DNA from: Candidatus Woesearchaeota archaeon
Lineage (GTDB): Archaea > Nanobdellota > Nanobdellia > Woesearchaeales > GW2011-AR15
Direction of reading: 5' to 3'
Assembly: GCA_038874655.1 (NCBI GenBank)
Contig: JAVZBY010000002.1
Span: 57,335 to 121,334, forward strand
DNA: 64,000 nt
Below, piece after piece: positions 27,660 to 39,400 of the stretch; the stretch's first letter is position 1, and the number at the start of each line of letters is the position of its first letter. The notes below the pieces were generated by a model. The model made no database searches. It saw only the letters and a program-made list of their open reading frames with translations, and had not been told where the DNA came from. The position numbers and the translations under genes were made by a program.

Positions 27660-28190
27660 ATGGTTGTAAATCTTAAAGAAGAGATAAAAAATTCAGATAT
27701 TAATCTTATTATAGGTTCAAAATCTAATTATATAGAAAATATTAATTTTATATTAAAAGAAATTAATTTTATTTCAAATAAGATAGGTTATATAACTTTA
27801 AACAAACCATATACAAAAATACTTTCAGATATACAAAAACTAAACTTAGATAAGAATAAATTTTTCTTTGTGGATGCAATCACAGCAACAGTTTCCTCAC
27901 CCCCTATTGTAGATAATTGTGTTTTTGTTAGCTCACCTAGTGCATTAACAGAAATAAGCGTTAGTTTTTCAACATTAGTTCAAGAGAAAAATGCTGATTT
28001 GATTTTTTTTGATACAATATCTACTTTAATTATTTATCAAGATATAGGGCAAGTTATAAAATTTGCACATAATATAATTACAAAAGCAAGAGTTTTAGGA
28101 AAAAAAGCAATATTCCTAACATTAAAAGAAGATTCAGAAACCTTAATTAAAGATTTAAATATGTTTGTAGATAAAATTATTGAACTTTAA
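27660..28190 (+). CDS. Putative RecA/KaiC-fold protein lacking a P-loop
   Basis: ADLIFFDTISTLIIY resembles a KaiC Walker-B strand and GKKAIFLTLKED resembles the following strand. No GxxxxGK[ST] occurs anywhere in the protein. This assignment is weak. Confidence 0.35.
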   Translation: MVVNLKEEIKNSDINLIIGSKSNYIENINFILKEINFISNKIGYITLNKPYTKILSDIQKLNLDKNKFFFVDAITATVSSPPIVDNCVFVSSPSALTEISVSFSTLVQEKNADLIFFDTISTLIIYQDIGQVIKFAHNIITKARVLGKKAIFLTLKEDSETLIKDLNMFVDKIIEL

Positions 28191-28245
28191 ATTATTTTTA
28201 AATTTATAAAAAAATAAAAACCTTGAAAAAAATTTTAAAAAACTT

Positions 28246-29031
28246 TTACTTTTTTACATCAGATTTTTTCAAATTCTTTTTTAAAAATTCTATAGATTCT
28301 TTTGCAGTTTTTCTTAAACAATATAAACCCAAAGCAAAAAATAAATAAGCATAATACCATGTTAAATCAACTATAGATCCTTTAGTATAGGTATTATAAT
28401 TTATAGCATATAAACTATCACCAATAATAAACAAACATACACCAATTAAAATAAATATCCAGCTTTGTTTATATTTTCCACTCCAAACACTTAATATTAG
28501 AGCAATACAAGGTATTAATATAAATAAATCTGCAAAAACATAGCCAATAGTAACTAAATTTTCTAAAAGTGAAAATCCTTTACTCCAATTTACAGGGATA
28601 ATACTAAAATATAAATAACTTATTAAACCTATACTTAATAATAAAATAACTAGATTCTTTTTACTTTTAAAAAAATCAGAATTAACTAAATTTAATCCTA
28701 AAAATAAGGCAATTGTCATAAAAAAATAACCACTCATATAAAAAAAATCTGCAATTGAAACAACAGCATTTTCATTTATTTGCCAAATTATTTCACCAAT
28801 AAACCATGTAATTATGCTCGCAGTTATAAAAAAACTAACCTTTCCTTGATGAGTATTAATTTTAAAATAATTAAAAGCCCTTATTCCAAAAAATATTGCA
28901 ATAATATGTGTTGAAAAATTTATTATGTTTAAAATTATAGGAAAAAAACTTCCACCTATCTTTAAATCGACAACTAGAAATAAGAATATTGCAAAAATAA
29001 AAAACAACATAAATACATATTTTTTTTCCAT
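28246..29031 (-). CDS. Integral membrane protein, about seven TM segments
   Basis: The 261-aa ORF has repeated hydrophobic segments and no soluble domain. Confidence 0.6.
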   Translation of the reverse strand: MEKKYVFMLFFIFAIFLFLVVDLKIGGSFFPIILNIINFSTHIIAIFFGIRAFNYFKINTHQGKVSFFITASIITWFIGEIIWQINENAVVSIADFFYMSGYFFMTIALFLGLNLVNSDFFKSKKNLVILLLSIGLISYLYFSIIPVNWSKGFSLLENLVTIGYVFADLFILIPCIALILSVWSGKYKQSWIFILIGVCLFIIGDSLYAINYNTYTKGSIVDLTWYYAYLFFALGLYCLRKTAKESIEFLKKNLKKSDVKK

Positions 29032-29109
29032 TTCAATAACCTTTTTTTATTTATGAAACTTTACATATACTAAAATCAGTATTAATATATTTTTAATTAA
29101 TTTAAATTT

Positions 29110-29340
29110 TTAGTTTAACTTTTTTAAGTCCTTTTCACTAATAATATTTTCTTTCAACAATAAGTTAATAGCATTTTCTTTACCCATATAGCCTACTAGC
29201 ATATGATAAGCTAATTCAATTAACTCTTTTTCATCATTATAATTTTCATCTACAATTTTTTTTACACTATCACCAAATATAGATTGTAAAATTTTCACAA
29301 TTTTATCTTTAAGTGTTATAGAAACATATTTAACAATCAT
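29110..29340 (-). CDS. Small hypothetical protein
   Basis: The 76-aa ORF has no recognisable motif. On the minus strand a TTTAAATA box at 29423..29430 lies ~85 nt upstream. Confidence 0.4.
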   Translation of the reverse strand: MIVKYVSITLKDKIVKILQSIFGDSVKKIVDENYNDEKELIELAYHMLVGYMGKENAINLLLKENIISEKDLKKLN

Positions 29341-29735
29341 TTATATATAGAATATTTATTTATTTTTATACTTTTTTTGTAACTTTTTAGTTATTAAATA
29401 TTTTTTATACAAATTCAAAAAATATTTAAACAAATAAAATCTCACAAATTTGGGGGTGTTAGTTTGTATTTTACTAGTGTTTATTTTAAATTAATTTTTA
29501 TAATTTTTTATAACCTTAGTAAAATTAATATAAACAATTATAGTTATTTTGTTAAAAGATTATTTCACATTTTTTCTTCATATTCTTTTTTTTCTTTATT
29601 TATTGCTTTTATTTATATTATAAATTATATATAATAAAATTTAAATTATACTATTTTTAATATAATTTTATATTTTTTTAAATATATAATAATACTTTTT
29701 TAAGTTTAATAAAATTTTTTTTATAGAGAAAAATA

Positions 29736-29743
29736 TTTAAATA
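29736..29743 (+). promoter_or_regulatory. Candidate TATA box upstream of the wHTH/giant-gene operon
   Basis: GAAAAATATTTAAATATA lies ~105 nt upstream of the TTG start at 29846, inside a 505-bp non-coding AT-rich spacer. Confidence 0.3.
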
Positions 29744-29845
29744 TATTATATTTTATATAGTATAAAATTTGAGTTTAATTATTTTAATACACTAACTACT
29801 CTTAAACACTCTCAATATTCGTTATCAATATAATAAGGCAAAAAA

Positions 29846-30430
29846 TTGGTAGGAAGTAAATTAGAGAAAGAAATAATATCTATTTTTAATAGAGATATCT
29901 CTACACTTCTTAGCATAAATCAGATTTCAAAAAAACTTAAAAAATCCTATCCAAATATTAACAATAAAGTCAATTCTTTAATCAAGGAGGGAATTCTGAC
30001 AAAATTAGAAACAGGAAGAAGTTATTTATGCACTATAAATCTAGAAAATGAAAAAGCAATAGCACTTCTTACAATAAATGAAGCAGATAAGAAAAAACAA
30101 TATGAAAAAAAAATTAATTTAATAAAAGAAGAAATAAATGATATAAAAAATAAATTCAAAGTTTATACTATTTTGCTTCATAATACAACATTAATTTTTG
30201 TTTTAGATTACTTGAATGATAAAGAAGCAATAAAAAATCTTTATGAAAATATAAAAAAATTTGATTTAATCTTTTTTGATAAAACTTCTTTTCAACAATA
30301 TCTAATTAAAAATCCAAACCTCTTAAATGAATTTATAATTATTTATTCGTATGAGAAGTATTATGAACTAGTTAATGAAATAAAAAACAATCTTATCTTG
30401 AATAATAAAAAAGTAAAAAACAAGGATTAA
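29846..30430 (+). CDS. Putative winged-helix DNA-binding protein preceding the giant gene
   Basis: LSINQISKKLKKSYPNINNKVNSLIKEGILTKLETGRSYLCTINL looks like an HTH plus wing. The start codon is TTG according to the track. Confidence 0.5.
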   Translation: MVGSKLEKEIISIFNRDISTLLSINQISKKLKKSYPNINNKVNSLIKEGILTKLETGRSYLCTINLENEKAIALLTINEADKKKQYEKKINLIKEEINDIKNKFKVYTILLHNTTLIFVLDYLNDKEAIKNLYENIKKFDLIFFDKTSFQQYLIKNPNLLNEFIIIYSYEKYYELVNEIKNNLILNNKKVKNKD

Positions 30431-30469
30431 AAAATAAAACAAATAACTAAAAAAATAAAAAACTAAAAA

Positions 30470-33400
30470 ATGAATTCAGAAAAAAATTATCCGAAATTTG
30501 TATCATTGTTTTTAATTATATTAATTATAGTAATAAGTATAGTAATAATCAATGCACAAAATCTTTTAGAAAACAATTATATAAAAATTAATAAAAAAGA
30601 ATTCTTCTTAGGTGAAACAGTTGAAATAGAGCTTTTAATAAATGACCTAAATAATATTAACATTGATTTATATACACCAAACGCAATATATAAATATCCT
30701 TTTCCTTCAAAAATTATAAAATATAAACCAATATTAGAGGGTAATTATAGATTAGTGGTTTTAAAAAATAAAGAAATATTAACAACAACAACTTTTTTTG
30801 TTAAAAAAAATGAATATAATTTGATTGAAGAAATATTAAATCAGTCAACTATTAAAAATAACGAAGAAACTGAAAACCTCTTAGATATTAATAAACCTAA
30901 TTTAATTACAGATAAAGAAACATATCTTCTCAATCAAGAGGTTATAATTAGCATTAATAACCTATCCATAGATGATTTATCTAACTATAATTTAATTATA
31001 AATAGTTCTAATACTATTATTAATTATATAGATTTAAAATCAAACACAATAAAATTTTTTCCAAAAAAACAAGGTATTTATACATTAATATTAATAAGCA
31101 AAAAATCAAATGAAGAGATAGCAAAAAAAGAAATTTCAGTTAATTCATTTAATCAACAGTTTAATAATGAAATCTCTTTAAACTATGATAATAAAACTAA
31201 TTCTATTAATAATAACATAGACAATCAAAAAGAAATTATGATAAATCAATCAATAGAATATTCAGATAATTTATTTAATAATTCAAAAAATATTGAACAG
31301 CTTAACAGACAATATAATAATTTACCTTTTAAAATTAAGAATAGTAAAAATTATTTCTTAATAGCAAACATCACAATATCAAATAAAAGATTAAAAAACC
31401 TCTCATTAGACACATTTTCATTTATTAACTTATCAGATGACCTTTATGATATAGAAATTCAACCAAATATTAGACAAATAAGAAAAATAAAATTACATAA
31501 TGTATCATTTAAAGGCAATTTTGATTTAGGTCTGGAAGAAATTGATTCTCAAGCAACAAAATTTAAAGATATTAAAAAAGCAATTGCTATTGATCCAAGC
31601 AAAATTAATTTCACAAATGGTTTTATTGAAATAAATGCTACTTCAGATGTATTGTTAAAATGTAAAGATTGGAACTTTACAGAGCAGAAATGCTTTGGAA
31701 AATTTGAATTAATAAAAACATTAAATAAGGGACAAACCTATTTTATTGATATAAATAGCACAGATCCTGCATACTATGAGTTGGGGTTAGCATCTATAAA
31801 TACAAATAAATCCTTATACAAAGAAAATGAAACAGCACAAATATGGATTGTTGCACTAGATTATACAGGACATTTAATATCTAATGCAAATATAACTTTA
31901 CAAATAATTTCACCCAATAATGAGATTTTTATATTTTCTACAGATTCAAATATTTCCCAAATAGAATTAGGAATTTATGAATTAAATTTCACAACAAAAG
32001 AACAAGGTAATTACACTATATTTGCAAATGTTTATAGTAATTTAATTAATACAACTTTATTTAGTTTTTTCTCTGTAGTTGATTATTATGAATTTGAAAT
32101 AATAAGAAAAAGTCCATTAACCACAGATCCTTGGCGTGATACTTTTACAACAAAATTAAAAATAATTTCAAACAACCATAATGGCTTATTTAATTTAACA
32201 GAAAAAATACCAATCGGCTTTGAGATTATTGAAACAGATGCTATTATAACAAATGATTCAAATTATTATTATCTAACTTGGAATAATTTACAAAACAATT
32301 CAGAAGTTAATTACACAGCATTAGCTCCTTTTATTACTCCTGCAGTATACGAATTTAAATCCTTTGTTTCTTATGAAATGAATAATCAATCTTTAATATT
32401 TAACGAAGCAAAACCATGGTTCTTAGCAGTAGATCCTATTATGTACACACAAGTTTGTCAAGCACAAATTAACTCAGTAGGTCAAAATACATTTGGAAGT
32501 GCATGTGATGGTGTTTATCCAAGCTCATGTAGCGCTACTGGAGATTTATTAACTTGTAATGATAATTTTTTTGAAACCCATACAGGCACCAACACAAACA
32601 GATGGGCAGGTGTTAGAATTTCAGCATATGATTCAACAATAAGAGATTGTGTTTCAATAACTAGAGTTGAATTATGTTATGAATGGTGGCGTGATATAGG
32701 ATTTAGCAATGCAAGAATTGCAGTTGATAGAAATAATTGGGCTTCACCAACAACAGTAACAACAACATTACCTGGAACAACTGCAAACCCAGGAGTTACT
32801 TGTGCAGATGTTACTTCTTTAGAAGCATGGACATGTGATAATTTTGACGGAACAGGACAAGCAGCACAGGCAGTAGCACAAGCACAAAGAGATAATTCTG
32901 GCTCAACAAGAACTCTTTACATTGATGTTTTGTTTTTTAATGTGACTTATTTAAGAGATTACCCTCCAAACATAACACAAAATAGACCACCTTCATATTA
33001 TTATAACGATACTTTCAGCCCAATAAATATTACATTTAATTGCTCTGCTGTTGATGATATCAGAGTTAGTAATATCTCATTATATATAACAAATCTAAAT
33101 AATAATTCATTTGCATTAAATCAAAGCTGTAATATCTTAGCAACATCTGGAAGTTGTCAATGGACTTTATTATTGCCAAGTGGAAATTACACATGGAATT
33201 GTTTAGCTTATGACAATAGAACACAAGGAACATGGGGCACAAATAGAACAATAATTATTAATTACACTATGCCACCAACACCAAAGATTAATTCTTATAG
33301 TTGTGAAATAAATACACTAAATAATTGGCAGCCATGTAATACAATAGCATATGGCAATACTATATTAAGGGTTAGAGCAAATTGTACAACAGACTCAGGA

Positions 33401-36400
33401 TTAATAACAAACACAACCTTCTTGTTATATAATCTTCCTGATAACATTTATTTATTAAATGGCACATCTACAACACAAACATCAGGATATTATATTTATG
33501 ATAATCCTGATTTACAAATAACTGACTCAGGATACTTTAATTTAAGTGTCCAATGTTTCAATTCATTTAATAAAAACCAAACAAATACTACAGCATGGAA
33601 TTTAGCTTGGGGTACTTTAAGTTCTCAATTAATTTATCCATTTGAGCCTATATCTGTTCCTCAAAATTCAACTTTTAATTTTACTTCAAGATTAACTTGT
33701 TTAGGTGGTGAATGTGGTGATGTAAATGCAACATTGGATCCGATTTATATTGTTTTATTTAATCATACCTTTGAAACAGGATTAGAAGATTTTATTTGGT
33801 TAGATGACATTTATGGCACAAATCAACCAACACAATCAGAGGGTTATGTTACAAACAGAATTTTTTGTCCTAATGGTTTTTGTTTATTTGGTGATTTGCA
33901 TACTGTAAATAATAGCAATACAGGTCCTTGGAGTGGTGGCTTTAACAAAACATTTAATTTAACATCTTATACCTATGGATTAAAAGCAAACATTACAGTT
34001 AATATAACTTTTGATTATAACTTAATAATAGATCAGACAACAGAAGCAGGAGAATATGTTTATCTTTATTATAGAAATATCACCTCAAAAACATCTGTAC
34101 AAGGTCCTAACATACAAGGTTCAGGAGCAGGCGGAACTGATGAGGTATTTGAAAATGTCTCAGGTAGAATTTCTTTAATATTTTATAATGTCTCTGATGT
34201 TTTTTCATTTGATGTTGGTTGTTATATGACTGACACAAATGCCAATGACGAAGACGGTGGTTGTTTTATTGATAATATTTTAATTCAAGCAACTGTTGAA
34301 TTAAATAAAGGAAAAATTTCTAATATCCCCGGAACAAAACCCTTCTGGACATTGTCACCTAATCCTTATACAGAAGCGAATTTAGCATGTTTAAGAAATA
34401 TGATAGCTGGCCAAAGTTGTAACACTACTTGGGTTGTTAATGCAACAGGTCCTTTATACACGACATGGGACTTTTTTGTTTTATATGAGCCTACAGAATA
34501 TTCAAGTTATCTTTCATTTAATAAATCTAAATCAGTTAATATAACAATAACCGATATGGTTAGACCTGTTATTACTTTTGTACAATGTCAAAGAAATTCA
34601 ACTTCTTGGGTTTCATGTGATTCTATAAAATACAATGAATACATCTCAGGTGTTAGAGGCACTTGCACATATACAGAAGGCATTATAACAAGTATGAGTT
34701 TTAATTTAAAAAACCAATTTTACAATAGGACTTATTTTGATGTTTCAACCACAGACAATTCAACTAACTATTGGACATCAACCTTTAGTCCAATTAGAGT
34801 TAATAACTCAGGTAATTTTGCTTTGTATTCAAGGTGTTATGCAAACTCTCTATTTGGTGATTATTCATTAAATTGGTCTTTACCTTATGGAACAATCTAT
34901 ATTTCATGGATAAATTTATCTAGTGAAGTAAATGTAACGCAAAATAAATTTTCTAATTTTTCTGTTTTATTAACATGTCAAGGAGGAGAATGTATAAACA
35001 TAAGTGCATTTATTGATCCAGAAATAGGCCAACAATTTGCATTAATGACCTTTGATGGTTCAACTAATTTTCCATTAAGGGATGGTCTATGTAACACAGC
35101 AACAGATACATGCGCATTAAGTAATCCTTGGGATGATTTTGACAATTGTATTGCAGGAAATGGTCAATATGGAATATGTGCATCAAGATATGCTGGCTCT
35201 GGTGGAACAGAAAGAGGTTTATTATGCCAAGGATGTGATAGAAATAATGCAGGAAACACAGGCGGCTTATATATTTCATTAAACTCAACACCATGTGGTG
35301 GCTATCCTTGTCAATATATTTTTATTTCATATTATCAAGCAGTACAAAGCATGGATGCAGCAAATGAAGGCAGTGTTGTTTTAGTTAGGGATAATGATGG
35401 TATTTGGCGAGAAGTTTCAAGATGTATTGATAATGACTTATGCGATTGTGATAGAATAGCAGGATGTACTTTAGCCACAATCGGACAATATGCACAATAT
35501 GTAAATGTAAATTTATGTGATATCCCAGGAATTGATTGTACTCAACCATTAGATATATTTTTCACTTCTTACGCAACTAATGTAAATCAAGGAACTGGAG
35601 ATTACTTTATGTGGGATCAAATTAATATAACAGGCTATTTACCAAAAGGGATTATATCTTATGGAAGTGGCTCTCCTTTTTATACTACCTATGCTAATCC
35701 TGTTTATAGACAAAATAATTCATGTTTAGCTTATTTAGATGTAGGCCAATCTTGTATAATTACCTGGCCAGTAAATGCAACAGGAAACTTAAATTCTCTA
35801 CACGAATTTTATGTAAATGCCACAACCTTTAATAATCAAACAACTCAAAGTTCAATAATTGATGTAAGAATAACAGATAATAAACTGCCTTATGTTTCTT
35901 TTATAACTTTGAATCCAATTAATCCAACTTCTTATGATAATTTAAATTGCTCATTTATAATAAATGATGCTAATTATTTTGATAAATTATATGCAAACAT
36001 AACATGGTATAGAAATGATATTGTTTATTCAAATCAAATGATATCCATTAATAATAATCAATTAACTTCAGTAATTTTATCAAGCTCCAATACAAATAAC
36101 GGAGAAGTTTGGCATTGTGGTATAACACCTTATGACGAAACTGTTTATGGAAATCAATTAAATTCAACAAAAGTCAATATCCTAATTAGTCAGCCACCAA
36201 TAATCTCTAATGTACAATGCCAAAGAAACTCAACTTCCTGGGTATCATGTTCAGATATTAAGTTTAATGATATTTTAACAATGGTTAGAGCACAATGCAT
36301 AGATTTAGATGGTTATGTAATGAATGTTACTTTTAATTTAACAAATTTTGAAGACAAATATTTATTTTTTAAAAATACAACCTATATGCCAGAATCAGGA

Positions 36401-39400
36401 TATTACTACTTTAATAATACAGATATCCTAATAAGAGATTCTGGTAATTTTAATTTATCTGTTTCTTGTATTGATGATACTAATGTAGAAACAGTTTATT
36501 ATTTAACTTGGCTTGTTCCATTTGGAAAATTAAAAGGGCAATGGTTAAATCCCCCAAATATTAATGTAAATGTTACTAGGTATAAATTATCTAACTTCTC
36601 AGTTAGAATTATATGCGAGGGTGGTGAATGCGGAAATATTACTGCGGTTTTAGATCCCTTAATATTATATCCACAAGCGAACATGGATTTTGAATCTCCA
36701 ACTAATTTTCCATTAGCCACTGGACAATGTGGCACTGGCGCAGGTTGGCAATGTGCAGATTCTTCTCCTTGGGATGATTTTGACAATTGTATAGGCGGAA
36801 ATGGTGTTTATGGTATTTGTGCATCAACAGAAGCAAACTCAGGAGAAACAGGCATTAGAGGTTTAGAATGTAGGGGTTGTGATAGAGCAGATGCATTAAA
36901 CCAAGGTGGATTATACATAAACATTCCAGCAAGATCTTGCAATGACTATGTTTGTGAGCAAATCAATATTTCTTTTTACCAAATTGTTCAAAGTATGGAT
37001 AATGCAAATGAAGGAAGCGCTGTCTTAGTAAGAGATGAAGATGGAATTTGGCGTAATTTAACAACTTGTATGGATAATCAACCAAGATGTGATTGTGATG
37101 TCATTCCTGGCTGTACTAGAGCAGAAATGGGTGCTTATGCTCAATTTTTCAAAAAAGATTTATGTCAAGTTCCAGGAATAAATTGCAGTCAAAATATAAG
37201 TATTTTATTTACTTCTTATAATCTAATAAATCATGGAACAGACGATTATTTCGCATGGGATAAAATTTTAGTTGAGAAATATGGACAAAAAGGCATTATT
37301 CCAGTTGGTAGTGGTTTTCCATTTTATGTAATTGAAAACAATCCTAGAACATGGAATGATTTTTCATGTTTATATAATATGACCTCTGGAGACTCATGTG
37401 AAATTACATGGCAAGTAAATGCAACTGGAAACTATAATAAAACACATGAGTTTTTTGCTTATTTTAATTCAACATATTCAGCTATCGAATTAAATGAAAC
37501 AAAACATATTTATGTAACAATTACAGATAACTTTCCACCGAGAGTTACTTATGTCGAAATTGGTCCAGAAGTTGCGCTTAATGATACAGATATCTATTGT
37601 AGCTTTATTATAACAGATCCAAATTACTTTGATAGTTTATGGGCTAATATAACATGGTATAGAAATAAAACTTTCTACTTTAATCAACAAGTTCCTATAT
37701 CCATAAATACACTAACACAAGTTTATTTATTGGCAAATAATACAGAGCCAGGTGAATATTGGCACTGTGGTGTAACACCTTTTGATGGTTCTATTTATGG
37801 AAATCAAGTTAATTCAACAAATTTAACAATTTATTTATATCCACCCCCAAGCATAAATTCAATACAATGTAATGTGAATGGATTATGGAAAGATTGTAAA
37901 AATATTTTGTATTTTACTAATTTTTCAGCAATAAGAACTAATTGTTCCTCAAATGAAGGAATGGTTAATGCAACATTTAACTTCACAAATATTCCTGATA
38001 ATAAAGTATTCTTTAACAATTTAACAACAACCTACTCAAATGGCTATTTTATTTTTGATTTTGAAGACATAAACATTACAGATTCAGGTGAAATGGAAAT
38101 TTATGCAAAATGTATAGATAATGTTAATCAAGTTGTTTATGGAAAAGTAAATTGGACAATTCTTTGGGGAACACTAACAGCATCCTTAGTTTATCCAGAC
38201 TCAGATACAAGTGTTCAAAGAAATAACTTCTTTACTTTCCAAGCAAGAGTAACTTGCTCGGGGGGTGAATGTGGAAACATAAATGCAACATTAGATCCTT
38301 ATACAAATTCAACTATTTATGATTTTAAGCAAGGATATAATATTGATAAATTCGCTTGGGTCATAGATAGTAATAATAATCCACCAGAGTCATTGCCAAA
38401 TTCAAGAACAGCATTAACTTTAGCACAAGTTGCACTGATAAATGTTTCAGATAATAATAGATATACAATGCCAGATCCAGGAGCGGGTGATTGGATTTCA
38501 TTGGATATGATAATGAATATAAAAGAAAAAAGAGAAGACATAACAAAAATGCAATTTTATTTTGAGGGTTATCCTAATATAGCATCAACATTACAAATAT
38601 ATGCATGGAATTTTAATACAAATACATGGAACTCATTAGGAACACAGTCTTTTTCAACAGGTTCTGACCAAATAATGACAGTAAATATAACATCAAATAT
38701 ATTAAATTACATAAATGCTTCAAACAATAATATAAGATGGCTTTTATTAAATACATTAACTAGTGAATACATATTAGTTGATTATGTTTATGTAAATATA
38801 ACTTATAATGCGTATAAAGGAATTATCCCAAGACAAGAAGGTGCAATTCCTTTTTATACAAGAGACTATAACCCAAAAGATTATACAAATCAATCCTGTT
38901 TGGGCAATATGATATCCGGCCAATCATGTATTGCATCATGGTTAGTTAATGCCACAGGACCTTTAGGTTCAACACATGAATTTTTTGTTTATTTCAATGC
39001 AACAAATTATTCACAATATATTATGCCTAAAGAAACAACCCATATCTTTATTACAATAACAGATTCAACATTAGTACCGCCAATTGTTATTTTAAATGAT
39101 CCTCAAGATAATTTATACACAAATAATCAAAATATTATATTTAATTGTTCAGTTACAGATAATTTTAATTTAAAAAATATTAGTTTAGTAGCTGATTTCA
39201 ACGGAATTTTTGATATAAATGAAACTTATCAAATAACTGGAACATCAAACACATCTTTATTTTACAAATATTTAGATGATGGAAAATACATATGGAATTG
39301 TTTGGCTTATGATTCAGATAATAATTTAGATTGGGGAAATTCAAATAGAACTTTAACAATTGATACAAAAGAGCCAACAATAATCTTAAATAATCCTTTA

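Noticed and set aside
33066-39380. Several 60-95-aa minus-strand ORFs inside the giant gene (33066-33251, 35064-35294, 36499-36786, 37831-38019, 38317-38541, 38361-38546, 39198-39380)
   Set aside because: All lie antisense to one uninterrupted 14.4-kb ORF with clear domain repeats. The longest coincides with the locally GC-richer Cys-module region, where stop codons are rarer. None has an RBS or a recognisable motif.
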